DNA of 64,000 nucleotides from Selaginella moellendorffii (GCF_000143415.4 NW_003314306.1:124001-188000); one strand, 5' to 3'. Counted from the first letter of the stretch, positions 14,191 through 28,235 are shown. A program made the numbers and translations. Notes: generated by a model from the sequence alone, not told the origin.

Positions 14191-16439
14191 AACCCCTGCC
14201 CCCAGTTTTATCCAATAAAGGGAGCTAGAATTTGCAAATTCCGGAAGCTGCTTGTTGCATTTATTCTGTGCTTGGGCTGCTGGAGTGGAGAAAGCTCAAG
14301 CAACACTTGGATTTTCACCATCAAGGCCATAAATTATATTGTATAATAGATATTACAAGCAGACTTATAATGTACCTTGCTCTAGTTTTGGAGTGTACAG
14401 AGCAAAATTTGGTAATTGTTTAAGAAGAAAACCCTTTTCCATTTATAAATGGAATATCTCTCATATTATTGAAAATTTTGATTTCAAAAGATTATTGAAT
14501 TGAATAAAACTTTAAATAATTTTACTGATAGCTACAATGTTGCTGGAGCATTTATTGGATATATTGGTCCCTGTAATTGATTCATAATAGCATGAAACTT
14601 TTTATAAATTTATCTGTACTGATAAAATTATTACTATGTTTATTTAGAAATATATTATTAATATATAAACTAAAACATAATAAGGTAACCTACTATTTAT
14701 TGATATTAAAAATAATAAAATAACAGGTAAATAATTTTAATATTAAGCATTTGGGATTTTGATTTAGATTTAGCTTTTGCATTGTTTAAATCTCACTTTC
14801 TTTATAACTTTTTCAATTTCTTCTATTTTGCTTTTTTTTGCTTTTTGTTTATTTTTATGGCAAAGTAACAACCTCCTCCTCTTTTGCCTTTAGATCAATA
14901 GTTGGTGTAGTTACTTGATGCAATGTGGTTATTGTTGAACAATCAAACTCAGTTGATAGTGGCATTCATAACACATAGTACAATTCCTCTTGCTCTTGCT
15001 GTCAACTTCAAAGTTCTTTTGTGAGAACCCTGGGGATAATATGTACTATTGGTTTGATCACTTTACAATTATTTATCATTCTTGGGATGATGTTTGGTAT
15101 TTGCATGAGTTTTCCATGTGTTTCCAAGGGACGGCATTGTAGTGGTATAATGTTTAAGTGCAGCCATTCATGTGGATTGGAGCATTCTTTTGGACGTTTT
15201 TAAGCACGTATTTGAACATGCTGGCAGTTGTGATGATGCTTTTCAATAATTATATCATTTTCATCAAAGGTTATCTAAATTAATGATATTTACTTCTGGA
15301 ACCTCTTGCTTTGTGTAAATCTAAATATATGGCAATGGATCAAGTTGAGAATGTTGTGGCTAGCACTTTGTCAAAATTTTGTAGGAGTTGTACATACACT
15401 TGTTTTAACCACCCTTAATAATGCTATTCAACTGGTGCAATATTATAAGACATCACCTTTTCCACTTCTCACTACACATTTTTTAACTTTATTTCCTATG
15501 AGAAATAGTCTTGTTCTAATAGAAGTTAGTGTTACTATTGCTCATGTTCAAAGATAAGGGTGAGTACATTGTTATGGCCATGATATCCACTATTAGGCAT
15601 GTAATGAAGTTGACCACATATATTAGTATTGTCAGTGTTTTCAAATTGGTATCCTCCATTTCTTGAGTGGAGGCCTTGGTATCAATAACACTCTTATTGG
15701 TGTTGTTATGATGGAAGGTTTGGACACTAAAATTCTTTTGAAAAATGAGGAGTTGTACTAATAGTGGAGGGTCCTTGTGCAAATAAATTAATGACCCTTC
15801 TATCCTTTTTTCGGGAGTATCATCAAAAGGTTCACTTGGCATTAATTTATCTAGTATTTACTTTTTAAGTTCATCTTTATAACAAGAAGTCTTCTATTAT
15901 TCTTTATGTGTTGATTGATACAGGCTTGAGTTTATCTTCTATTGCTTGGCCTATTGCTACATATTATCATCTATATTTGCATTATGTAACAGAGTCAATA
16001 TTCATTCTTTATAGCAACAACTATATATATGCATGTGTATAATATGAGATGGACCTAATTGTGCATATGGGTGATTTTGAGTTTGAGCTTCAGTTATTGC
16101 GGGTGGTGTCAAGTCAAATTTTTTACTTCATCCTTAATATAAATTGGTTGTAGCACAATCATGTCAAATATAATTTTGAAGTTTGTCCCTTTTGTCTTAT
16201 ATTTTCTTATATTTTTTTTATTCTTCTCACTTTTGTTATTTTTTGTCCTTTTACTTCTATTTTTACTCTTATCATTTTTGTCTCCTCATTACTTCCTTCT
16301 ATATTTCCATTTTGCTCTTCTATTCCCTTTTCAAATCCATTTAACAGTCTTTATGTTGTAGTAGTTGACTAGGTTATGAAAGAGTATATTAATATCTTTG
16401 AATTTAACCTATTATTTGGGGACAAAATTGTAACACATC

Positions 16440-18620
16440 ATCTTATTATAATTGAGGATGCTCGTCCAATCAGGGTTCATCGTTAATCACCATAGGAGAT
16501 CAAAATTTTATGTAAAAATGTTAAGAATATGTTTGAGAAGGTTGTTATTCGAAAGTTACAAAGTCCTTGGGTATATGAATTTCATCTTGTTACAAAGATT
16601 GATGGGAGTATTTACTTTTGCATTGACTATTGGTCATTAAACAAAGTGATTATCTTGGATATATATCTTCTTTTTCACACTATTGATTTTCTAGATTATC
16701 TAGGGAGAAGTTATTAATTCACTAAGTTAGATCTTGCTTCTAGGTATTAGCAAGTGCTAATGGCTGAGAATAATGTTCCCAAGATTATTTTTTATACACC
16801 ATTTAGTTTATATGAATTTTTGGTGATGTTATTCGGTTTGAATAATGCTTTAGCAACTTTTTAGTGAGTGATAAACAAAATTCTTTACAATATGCCAAAA
16901 GTGATTGTTAACTTCATTGATAATGCCTTAATGCATTTGGAAAGAACATGAAAGGAGTATATTTATAATGTTCAAAAGGTGTTAAATCAATTATGAGAAA
17001 TTAGTTCAAAACTGAAGTGGTTGAAGTGTGTGTTTGGGTACAAAGACACAACTTATCTTAGGGACCATATTTTTTGTAAGGGTTTATAAGTTGATCATGA
17101 CAAATTTATAATTATTCTAAAGTTCCTTATTTTGAAGTGTATTAATGATGTGTAACACTTTTTAGGCAAGGTGCAGTATCTCAGTTGTTTTGTTAATCAT
17201 CTTTTTTATCACATAACATTATTGCAAGCATTGTTGAAGTCATCAACATCATCTTTTATATGGTTTTATGACTATGAATAAGAATTTACAAATTTTAAAG
17301 AGGTATTGACAACTCCTCTAGCTTCAACTTATCTTGACTACACTCAATTTTTTATTTTGCATATGGATGTTTAAGATATCGGTCTTGAGGGGTGTTTTGA
17401 TATAAAAGAGTATGAGTGTACCTAGTCAACATCATCCCATTATGAATATCAATTGTATATTACAACCAAAGAAAGTGAACTAATTCACAACAGAGAAAGA
17501 GTGTTTAGTAACAATTTGGGATTTTGAGAAACTTCATTCATATTTACATGGTTCTTAGACATTACTAAATGATTATGTTGTAATTACTTCATTATTGAAG
17601 AGGAAGAACTTAGTTGGTCATACTACTTAGTAAGTTTGAAATTTCAGATATATAATTTCAATGTTGTTTATCATGCGGGGAGTTTTATAGTTGGTACTAA
17701 TGCCCTTTTTTGAGTTCCTCTTCCTTATTTGCTCTTTTTTCATGTTTTTAATGAGCCTATTGTTCCAACATTTATGGATTTTTTGAATGAGGATTTTATA
17801 CCATTGGCAAAATGTTGTACTTGATATTTAGTGTCCACAAGATGCAAAATAAGATTTACCTTCTCTTAACGAGGTTTGTGAGGCTTAAAAGATTGAATTA
17901 TGGATTCAAAGGCTTTATGATGGGTTTGAAAATTTTGCATCACTTGTTGATGAATTTCCATTTTAGCATTTACATTCTTAATATTGCTTTAAGGATAACC
18001 TTTTTTATTTTGTGGTTATGGATCCTAATAATTATTTATGACTAGTGGTGCTTTTGATGGTTATTCCATGCTTTTTCTACACTTATCATGATTCTCCTAT
18101 TTTAGGCGAGCATATAGGATATTATCAAATGACCGAGAAGATACATAAGTCTTTTGATTAGTCAAAGATATGATATAATGTGATTCGATATGTGTGTCAT
18201 TGTGTTTGGTGCTAAACTTGTAATACTCCCCCTTATGCTACAGAAGTTTCCAATTCATTTGAGTTTTTGGTATTTGATCTAATAGGGCTTTTTCCATGAT
18301 CAACTATTAGCAATAAGTCTGACTACTTGATTTTTTGGGTGGAAGTTAGTGCTCTTGCTAATGCGTTAGCAATTGCTATTAGGTACTTCCTCCTCAATCA
18401 AAAGTGTTCCAACATTTCTATTTGGAGAGAATTCTCTCAGATAATAATCTTACATTTATGGATATATTTTAATGTCTTGGTTAAGGATACATCACACTTT
18501 TGTAAGTGTTTATCATCCACAAATAGATAGTTTGGTGGAATGGCTTACTTAGTCCTTCAAAAGGATGATCACAAAGTATATAAATTTTTAACATTCAGAT
18601 TGAGATGGTTATTTGCCATT
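16440..18620 (+). mobile_element. Heavily decayed Ty3/Gypsy pol (RT-RNaseH-integrase)
   Basis: SPW..LVTKIDGSIYFCIDYWSLNKV, FTKLDLASRY*QV, YTPFSLYEFLVMLFGLNNALATF, then RNaseH-like and HHCC integrase relics in Gypsy order. Many stops; very AT-rich. Confidence 0.85.
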
Positions 18621-18644
18621 TAGTATCCATATATTACAGAGATA

Positions 18645-19440
18645 CAAAATTTTATAAGACTTTCTAAAAGGTTATCTAACTTAATACTACTCAAACCCAA
18701 GGATATTTAATCTCAATTATCCCAAACCCTTACCCAATTATAAAAGGGGGTGCACTTTTGTTCATGGGTCTTTTCCCTATATATTTGAACCTTTAGAGAT
18801 CATTTCTTGAGTCATTTTCTTTACTTGCTTACAATTTACCATGCTTCTTTACAAGTTCACACCTTCATAAATAAAAGCTAAAAGTTACAGCTCTCTCAAG
18901 AGCTTCATTTGCTTGACACTCTACCCCCAGATTGAGCCTAGTTGGAGCAAATTTGATATGCCAAATGTTAATCTCAACATATAGTGTGATTCCCTTAGCC
19001 AACTAATAGAGTCAGACTCGAGATTGTTTTGATACCAAATGTAAAATTTTGAATTTAGACTTTTTGGGAGATCACTCAACACAATACTACTCAAACCCTA
19101 TTCAATTAAGTACAAATACTAAACCAAGTTTTATAACATTTGGACAATAAAAGATTTTATTTGAAGAAACATTGTTCAAAGTAAGGACACTTAACCCAAG
19201 ACCCTTACCTAATTAGAAAAGTGGTGCATTTTTGTTCATAGACCCTTTCTTTTTATATTTGAACCTTTATAAATTGAGCTTGATTGGCAGTTCCTATGAC
19301 ACATGGCTAGGGCTAAGTCATTCTTTTTGGTTTGCTTACATTTTCCACTTGTTTGAGTAAAGTTTGTTGAACACTTGGGCCATATACAAGTGGTACAATA
19401 ATAGTGCTACAACTCCTATCATCGTCCATCTGTAGAGTAC
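18645..19440 (-). mobile_element. Degenerate pair of short LTR-like direct repeats with tRNA-Met PBS (TRIM-like)
   Basis: AATACTACTCAAACCC...ACCCTTACC..TTTTGTTCAT..TATTTGAACCTTTA occurs twice (from about 18645 and 19040). TTTGATACCA near 19028-19037 is the reverse complement of a TGGTATCA PBS, next to TG at 19040. Confidence 0.45.
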
Positions 19441-19641
19441 AAAGTGGATGACTTGATGTTAATTTATTTTCCTAATCTTACAATACATGGTTTATATAAG
19501 AGGCTCCTTGCTCAGTAGAAGGATCAAGTGTTGTGGCAAGTTGGACTGCAAGTTTATAAGGTTTAATATAATGTTTAATAGGCCAATCCTTAAAAAATTA
19601 TGTATGTGCAGCAGTTGAAATACTTCATACAAAGAGATTAA

Positions 19642-22600
19642 TATAAATGACTAAAATTTTCCATTCTACTTTAGTCACTTAACTATACCTTCAACCATTT
19701 GAAGGTGTCTCATTTACAACCTCCATAAGTCTTATTCCCAACTTAGAGACTTACTAGCCTCATAAATGGCTTTATGCCATTCTGCCATAGCATTTGGTCC
19801 AAGTGCTTTATGTGTTCAATCCTATGACAGACACCCAAAGGTACTATTAACATATTTGCTTGTTATACTAAAGTCATGTCCATTCCCCTTTAGGTCCACA
19901 CAGGTAGTCTAAGACCACCTAGACCACAATCCCATCTCCCAAAAACTAAACTATCCATCCTTGAGTGGTCATCCTATGACCACACCTTAGCTGCCCAAAG
20001 ACATGAAGAACACTTTTCCCCAATATCCTTTCTTTAGTCCCTATCAAGTCCCTCTTTGTCCCTATCAAGTCCTTTTTTGTCCCTGGCAATGTTTGCTAAC
20101 ACCACTATTGGGTTTGGGCCCGAATGCTTGACCACTAAGTCCCATTAACCTTTAGGACTTCTTTATCATACAACTGTATCCTTGGTCTCTACACAAGACA
20201 ACTCCTCTTCTTTCTTTCCACACTGGGACCTTGGGATGACATTTCGAAACACTGTGGCCTTACACGAGCCTCATATGTACTCTCCCCACCTTCCGTCTTT
20301 GGGTGCCTTGGCCATATGGCTAAAGCGAGGTTCCGATGAGGCACACCAGGTATCCAAGTAAGTAGTGCCACCCATACTTGGATTGGGAGTATCGATTATT
20401 CAATCTTCCGGAAAAGCTAGAATTGACTCTTGAACACTTCACCAAGCTATCCCCTTTGTTTATTTATATTCACTTTAGCCTTGGACTCTTCAGTGGTTAT
20501 TGTGAGACACAAAATCCTTAGGCCCCAAAGTAGAGCCAAAAAAGTGCCACATGGAAGTGGCCGAAGCGAAGGCCAAACGAGTGTAACTCATTTGGACCAA
20601 AAGCTCCAACTTGAAAAGTCGAGAGTGGGAGTGGAACTCTCAACAAAGTGCTCGAGGAACAAGCACGAAGCGAGCAATAAGCGAGTCTCTAAAAAGGGAC
20701 TCAAAAGGACCAACACATGACTTGAGATGGAGTCCGAGATGGACTCGAGATGGAGTCTGAGATGGAGTGCGAGATGGACCTGAGATGGAGTCCGAGATGG
20801 AGTCCAAGATGGAACCGAGACTCAGACCAAGACCGAGTCCGAGTCCAAAACCAAGACTGAGACTAAGTCCGAATCCGAGTCCGAATACTAATACAGGCTG
20901 TTGGGTGAAAGCCCAAAGCAATCGTCCCCCAAGGGGGGCTGCAAGGGGTTCCAAAAGTATAGTAGGGAGAGTGTGGGGGTTGAAACCTAATAGAGCCAAT
21001 TTGGCCAGGAAAGGTTAGTTTGGCCCAGAAAGGCCATATTTAGTGTTGGGTGATGAGCTGACCACTGGGAAATCCAAGACTAGAGTGAATACGGATCGAC
21101 AAGTGGGGTAGTTTGGTGAAGTGTTCAAGAGCCGGCTCTAGTTCCTCCGGGAGATCGAATAGTCGATGCTCCCAATCCAAGTGTGGGTGGCACTACCTAC
21201 TTGGATACCTAGTGTGGTGCAACGGAACCTCGCTCTAAGCCCATGGCTAAAGCACCCAAAGGTGGAAGGCATTGAGAGTACCCATGAGGCTCACATATAG
21301 CCACGGTGTTCCGAAATGTTGTCCTAAAAGCCCAGACTGTGGAAGGGAAGAGGAGTAGTCCTTTGGTGTAGTGACCAAAGATACAGTCGTGTGGTGAGGA
21401 AGTTTTAGAGGACCATGGGACTTAGTGGTCAGGCCTATGGGCCTCGATCCAATGGCAGTGTTGGCGAACACGACCATGGGCAGAAAGGGACTTGGTGAGG
21501 ACCAGAAAGGAGATATTAAGGAAGGCTATTCCCCACGTCTGCGGGCATCCTAAGGATGCTAAGGAGTGAATCGGGGATGACCACTCATGAATGAATGGCC
21601 TAGTCTTTGAGAGATGGGATTGCAATGCAAGTGGTGTTGGACCATTGATGTGACCAAGGTGAATGGGCATAGCTTATTGTAACGGGCTGATATGTTGATG
21701 GTACCTTGGGGTGTCGATCATGGGATTGGACATGTGAAGCACTTGGACCAAGTGCAAAAGTTGAGTGGCATGGATGCTATTTTTGGGGTTAGCAAGTCCC
21801 TAATTCCAAAATAGGACTTATGGAGGTTGTAAGTGAGACTCATCCAAATGGTCGGAGATGTGGTTAAATGACTAAAGTAGAATGGAAAATTTAGTCGCTT
21901 ACAGTTATATCATCACCTAACACGTAAATATAGCCTTTATTAATCACACTAGCCTTTCTTGGCCAAACTGACACCCCCTTTAGAGTTCACCAAACCCCAG
22001 AGGGTTTGAGAGATGAATGCTTTGGGCTTTTACCCTCGGACTCAGACTTGGTCTTGGTCTCGGTCTCAGTCTTGTTCTCGATCTTAGCTTTGGTTTTAGT
22101 TTTGGTCTTGGTCTCGGTCTTGGTCTCGGTCTCAGTTTTAGTCTTAGTCTCGATCTCAGTCTTGGCCTCGACCTTGAACTCTATTTTTGGTCCATCTCGG
22201 ACTCAAGCTTAGACTCCATTTTAGGTCCATCTCAGACTCGACTTTGAACTCCATCTCGAGTCCATTTTAGGTCCATCTTGGTTCCATCTCAAACTCCATC
22301 TTGGATCTATATCAGACTCCATTTCAAACTCCATCTCAGGTTCATATTTGACTCTATCTCGAACTCCATCTTGAGTCTGTATTGGACTCCATCTTGGATT
22401 CCATCTTGAGTCTATATCGGACTCCATCTTTAACTCCATCTCAAACTCCTTCTCAAACTTGTTTTTAACACTTTTATATGTCATGACATTTGCCATGTGT
22501 CAGTCCTTGTGCCCTTTTATAAAGACTCATTCACCAACTGCTTCATGTTCATCCCTCGAGCACTTCATTTTGACTTCTACTCCCACTCTTGATTTTCCAA

Positions 22601-22709
22601 TTCAAAGCCTTAGATCCAAATATATTGTACTTGTTAGACTTTTACTTTGACCACTATTATGTGGCACCCTTTCTACTCCACTTTGGGGTTTAGGGATTTG
22701 TGTCTCAAA
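19642..22709 (-). mobile_element. Older degenerate solo LTR, split by a nested insertion
   Basis: 19642-20500 and 21909-22709 join into a reverse-complement copy of 20501-21903 and show more C-to-T decay. Confidence 0.85.
20501..21903 (+). mobile_element. Solo LTR (1403 bp) with 5-bp target-site duplication
   Basis: TG...CA termini; GTTAT at 20496-20500 and 21904-21908; internal 12-bp (GAGATGGAGTCC) and 6-bp tandem repeats at about 20720-20885. Confidence 0.9.
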
Positions 22710-22840
22710 ATCATGAATAATTAACACCATCTACAAATCCATTAATGCTTCTTTTTGATGTTTTTTCAAATCCCAGTATATCCATTAAAGGACTTTAATT
22801 GTCTTCCATCCTTTCGAGAGGAGGGGATGATGCAAAGTCT

Positions 22841-22990
22841 AAATATACAATTATAATGCTATATACTAATATTAGCATAGTGAGATTTTAATAGCTGTCA
22901 GATTAGTTTTAATTTAGATTTGCTCCTATATATAAATTAGGATTTTTTGGCTAATTGATACTCATATTTTTATATTCCTTTTCCATATTC
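22841..22990. repeat. Dispersed ~150-bp repeat, copy 1 (copy 2 at 54779-54933)
   Basis: Shared ATGCT.TATACTAATATTAGC.TAGTG.GATTTT ... GCTCCTATATATAA ... GGCTAATTGATA ... TTTCCATATTC. Confidence 0.8.
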
Positions 22991-23636
22991 TATACACTTA
23001 TATATCTATATTTTGTTTTGCATCATCAAGTTTTAAATTTTTATATTTCAAATCTTTCTAAATTTTAAACATTATAAATAATATAGTTACTATTAAATAC
23101 TATATTTTTATATAATTTTTTCAATATAATTTTAAATATTATTTAGGTTTAGCCAGAGTCTTTTTGTTGGCCATCTATGTAAAGTTGATCTAATATGGTA
23201 TATTCTAATTTAACATTTATTTTAAAATTAAATGTTTTATTTTCAGAACTTATTTCATTTAAATTTTAGTTCAATCTTAATCATAACCTGCAATAAATTT
23301 TTATAAATAATATATTGTAAAAATTTGGTAATAAAAATGTAACTTTTTTATTTTAAATTATATATATAATTCTAAATTATAAAACAAAAATATATTATAA
23401 GAAATGTGAAACTTAAGGTCGTGGGATCGAAACCTGTCTCAGCCAATTTATATCTCGATGGTATATTCTTTGTAATATCTTATCGGGAAATCGCCTAAGA
23501 CATCATAGGCTGTGTGTGAGTACGTGCGTGTGTATGGCGAACGTATGAGTGTGGATTCTAGGGTTTCTCCAAATCGACTGGGATTTGAGGATTCCTTCCG
23601 CGGCCTTAGGGCTCCAGGAGCGCAGCGCTTTGGCGC

Positions 23637-26302
23637 ATGGCGGCCGTGGCGCAGGCTCCCTCCAGCTCCAGCAGGGGCATCGGCGTCGGGAGCACGGCGG
23701 GATTTGGCATCGGCGCACAGCATTTCCAGCGATCGTCGTCGGCAGCCGGCGCTCCCAAAGGTAGCAGCAGCACGGGTCTGGTTTGCTCCCACAAGGGGCA
23801 TTTGTCGCCCTTGTGCGAGTCGCCGCGGCAGCATGCTAGGGTATGGCCTCGGAGTGGGAGATTTCTGGGCGATGGGGTGAATTGCCGCTGCAAGAGCGAG
23901 GATTTCGATGAACAGCAGCCTTCTTCTACTGGGGATGGCGAGGCGGCAAATGCCGATGCATGGGACAGGAGGATTGAGTCTGCTCTAGCGGGGATCAGAG
24001 CCCCGCTGCTGAGCATGCTTAGCATCGCTGGGAAGAAGTTCCAGCAGTATTTATTGAAGCCGCGAAGCCTCACAGCTTTGGAGGTTGTGGAAGACGTCCA
24101 ACTTGTCAAGGAGGAGACCGAATGGGATCGTTGGCAGTCGTTCTTCCACGAGGTTGAGGAGCAGGAAAATCTTTTGTCTGTACTAAAGGTACGTTTTGTT
24201 CGTTTTGTTCTTTTCCTTTTTTTTCTTGTTTCTTATCGTAACAATTGTCGTTCATGCAGTTTGATTTGGAGGAAGCAGTCGAAGAGGAAGATTACAGTGA
24301 AGCTACTAGGATAAGAAACGAAATGCTAGATATTAGACGGAGGGACACTCTTGGCCAACTCATGGGTGATTTGAAGGTAGAAGCCGTTTCGTTTCTTCAA
24401 TTTACTTAAACGGGGTTTTTACGATCCAGACTGCGTTGGAAGAAGAACGCTACGAGGATGCGGCTAGAATTCGGGATGAAACTGATGCTGGACTGGTTTG
24501 TAGTTTCCCTCTTTTGTTTTTTGTTTTTCTTGTGTTACAAATGAGGAAATGCTTGTAGGTGGGATGGTGGGCTGGAGCGGCAGAAGAGGGTAACGATCCA
24601 TTTGGCCGCATTATCAATATCACTTCTTCGCAAGGGAGGCTTGTTGCTAGGGGTTACAGTGCTAGGTAAAGACTCATGCTCACTTTACTAGACTCATTTG
24701 TAGTTCAGGCAGCTTGTGACAGCAGCGCCGGGCGTGCCTCTCTTTGAAGTGTTCTTCAAGAAGGATGATGACAATGGTTACCAAAGCCAGGTACTACTTT
24801 TGTAGCGTTTATCTCAACTTCGCTGACGCATCGTTTTATCCCAGGCTGTATATCTGCAACGAGAAAGGACTGGGGCCGACACGACAGCAACTGGATCTGA
24901 AAACAGCGGTGAGAAGAATGAAGATGGCGAAGGGGATGACAAGGTGTCAGACGATCTCAAGTCAGATGAAAAAGACTCTCTCGACGAGGGCCTGAACAGG
25001 ATTCTTGCTTTTCTGAAAGGAAGAATGCCGGATGTGAAGCTTCGAGTCTTTCAAGCCACGGAGCCGGATAAAGTAGAGAAAGACTTGCCCAAGATTGGCG
25101 ATCAGCTCAAATCGTCAGAGGACAACAAAAAAGAAGAGGAACTGGGATCTTCAGACGATGGGAAAGCCCCTTTGGAAAACCAGCTACAGGAGAAGCAAGG
25201 CAAGAATGCAGTGACCGCAGAAGAGCTTGTTGAGATGAGCGTCAGATTGCTCATCGGGCGGCTCATGCAAAATGTTCCAGAAGACAAAGTACCGGTTCTT
25301 CCAGTGAGGATACCCGCGAAGATCGTGAACAAGGAGAGAGACAGTTTCGTCTTTCACATCGAAGACCTTTTGGAAGAGAAGATCTCTACGACTGACGCGA
25401 TGTCGTCTTGGAGACTTGCCGTAACAGCGCAGCCGTCCGAGTTGACATCCGAGCATGCCAGCAAGGTGTTGTCTCAAGCCTTGCCAGTGAAGGTGACTTT
25501 GCTCTCGTTTTCTAACAGCTTCCAGCATCCTAACGCAGGTTTTTTGCTCTCTAGGTGTCTAAGGAAGTGGCAGACATTATCCGGCTTGCTGTCAATTACG
25601 CACAACGCCGGCGTGGTCTAGCTAAAACCACAGCTTTCCAGCGCATCCGCCTAGCAAAGTCTACTGCCGACCCTTTCAACGCGTTGTATGTCGGCACTTT
25701 GGCACCTTACAGCTCCCAGGTGATTCAACTCAGACAGAAATACGGGAATTGGCAAGAGGATGACAAGAGCAACATCGACAGCGACAAATTCGAGTTCACC
25801 GAGTACGTGGAGGCGGTGAAACTGGTGGGAGATCTTCACGTTCCAGCCGGACAGGTACGTTGTTTTCTTCATCTCCTTTTTCTTAACTTTAATCACTTCA
25901 AAATCGTGTAGGTGATCTTCCGAGCTAAGACTGGTAGAGGTTCTCGGCTTCCACATCGTGGCGTGTACCCCGACGAGCTTGGAGTGGTCAGTTTTGCGTA
26001 GTTCCAATCTCATCGATGTTTCTAAGACCCGCTACTGCTACTCAGGTGGCCAGATTCAAAGGCCGGGGGAAAGTGGCCGAGCCAGGCTTCAAGAACCCGC
26101 ATTGGATCGATGGCGAGTTGCTACTCTTGGATGGAAAGGTAAAGCAAGCAGAGCTGTTGCAAGTAAATCATGTTTCATGTCGTTCTTGCAGCAGGGCGTT
26201 GGTTTCTTGAATGGAGCTCAGCTGTGCTTTGTCTACTCGGTTCCAGGCCAGCCTTTTCTCATCCTGTTCAGGAGAGCTATGATCGAAGAGAACAGCTTGT
26301 GA
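23637..26302 (+). CDS. EX1: EXECUTER-family chloroplast singlet-oxygen signalling protein
   Basis: Transit-peptide-like N-terminus, [18 protein letters not shown] repeats ([13 protein letters not shown]), VGWWAG..DPFGRII, DUF3506 motifs [19 protein letters not shown] and [13 protein letters not shown]. Multi-exon. EX1 versus EX2 not resolved. Confidence 0.92.
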
Positions 26303-26604
26303 AAGAGAGGAGAAAGCTGCAGTTTTGAAAATGATCCTTGTATTTAAAAGGCACTTTCATCACCTATTTGTTTTTGTCAATGCTGGATCATCCAATACAC
26401 ATCTTTGATGGTCTCTCTTACATTTGGACAACTAGTATAAGAAAACAAAAATCATACCAGGCTAGGAACAAAGCTTGAAACATTGGACCACCAGCATTTA
26501 GAGTTGAAATGATCCTTGTATTTAATGGAAGAGCTTTCTGCTGGTCCATTTGGATTAAAAAAACTAGCATAAGAACTTGTGTGTAAGATATAAAAAATCC
26601 ATAC

Positions 26605-28195
26605 CACGCTAGGAACAAAGCTTGAAACATTGGACCACATCTCTGCAAACTTCCACCAGCATCTGGTTGTCTTCGTGCTCCAAATCGCCTTCCAACTCGG
26701 CGATTTTACTCGATGCCCGCTCCACGAGACCATCGGCCAGCGCCGGATTTTCAGCTTCCATCACCAGCTCCAACAGATGCCTGGAACCGCTACAAACCAA
26801 ATCAGTCCGTGCGAAGAAAGCCGACAAGTTACTCACCGCCCGGGGCTCTTCGAAACGCTGGTCGAGAGATCAATGCCCGCATCAGGCCACTGCCAGCAGC
26901 AACTCCTCACCGAAAACTCCACGATGTAGCTCCAGCAAACGGCCAAACAGTGGCCGGGAGGTTGCGTCAAGTGTACCAGAACCAAGTCTCCAACCGCGGC
27001 TCTCAGCCGGTCCCGATCGCTTAAAGCCGCGGAAGGATTCGGTTTGCCATCACCCAGCACCAACCGATGGAGCAACAGCAGGCGAGGAGTGACCGCTTTG
27101 GTTTTGCGAACGATCATCTCGCGAATACCCCTGTCTCCTGCCGTGGCGATGGCGCTTACCTTGAACAAACTCTGGACTGCCTGCCCTTCCAGCTTAGAGT
27201 CCAGCTGAAGCAATGGTTCGACCAAAGGATCCACCACGAAGTCCTCCACGGCCCCCGGCTTGCGTCGAGCAATGGCACACACCATTGCAATGGACGTGTG
27301 ATACATGTTGCTGACTGCTCGAGCGGCCGACTCGCCAGCATCACTGGAACTCGTCGTTGGCAGGGAGATGATCTCGAGAACTTGCGAGCAAACGCTGCTG
27401 TAGTACTTGTCGGGATCGCCGACGAACTTTGGACACTTTGCAAGGTGAGTGGCTACTCTCTTCTGGACGGAGACGTCACCCTGGAAGCTTTTGATCAAGG
27501 CTTTGCATCGATCGGGACTTGAGAAGTAGTAATACCTGTGCTGCATTGCCGACCAGCCTTTCCAGCACCGCCGCTACGCCACCTTGACGCATAACAAGCC
27601 TGGAAAGAATTTTTCCTGCGTGAGCCTCCAGCCATGGCGGTGGAGAGTTCTCTTTGGCCAGCAAGATCATCAGAGCCTCGACTGCATGAGCCACTGGTAA
27701 AGCCTCGACGAGAGTATGGATCTTTCCAGACGTCGCAGCTTCGTCGTCACTGTTGTGACTTAACTGGAAAATCCCTGCCCACAAATCTGGAAGATGGTGC
27801 GAGAGAACGATCTCTCGCAGCTCACCGCCCTCTGAATCCACCACAAGCTCCCAAAGAAGCTCCACGGATTTGTCCAATGCATCGAAACCTTCTTCAAGTT
27901 CTTTGATCTCGTCTTCCCTGTGCGGATCGATCTCGGACGCTGCTGCCGCGGCGCCAGCGATCGCGGAAGGATTTCTAAACCTCTTCCGGAGAGGAATCCC
28001 AACGCCGGGACTCAAATGCGGGTACACGCACCGCCGGACTAGAATTTCCATCACGGCCATCACTGCTTGACGATCCCCACCCCCAAGACTGGAATGCCGC
28101 AGCCTACGAACAAAATCTAGAGCTTGCCTCGGATCGACACACTCGCCCGACGAAGAGATTGGAAGGCGCTGCCACTGGCGCCCATCGCCCGCCAT
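26605..28195 (-). pseudogene. TANGO6/Rtp1-like ARM-repeat gene, truncated and frameshifted
   Basis: PPWL..KILSRLVMRQGGVAAVLE and LAKCP..PDKYYSSVCSQVL resemble the TANGO6 N-terminus. Intron about 27481-27535. Frame break near 26833; ends at a donor-like site near 26604 with no C-terminal half. Confidence 0.6.
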
Positions 28196-28209
28196 GGAAG
28201 GAAATGGAA

Positions 28210-28235
28210 GAGCCCTAAAACCCTAAACCCTAGTT
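28210..28235. promoter_or_regulatory. Telo-box (AAACCCTA) cluster in the divergent TANGO6-like/GT43 promoter
   Basis: GCCCTAAAACCCTAAACCCTAG directly upstream of the minus-strand ATG at 28195. Confidence 0.55.

Noticed and set aside
14800-16100. Decayed coding-like minus-strand sequence, possibly a DNA transposase
   Set aside because: No motif could be identified with confidence.
20640-22496. Low-complexity ORFs (MESEMES, GLGLGL)
   Set aside because: Translations of 6- and 12-bp tandem repeats within the LTRs.
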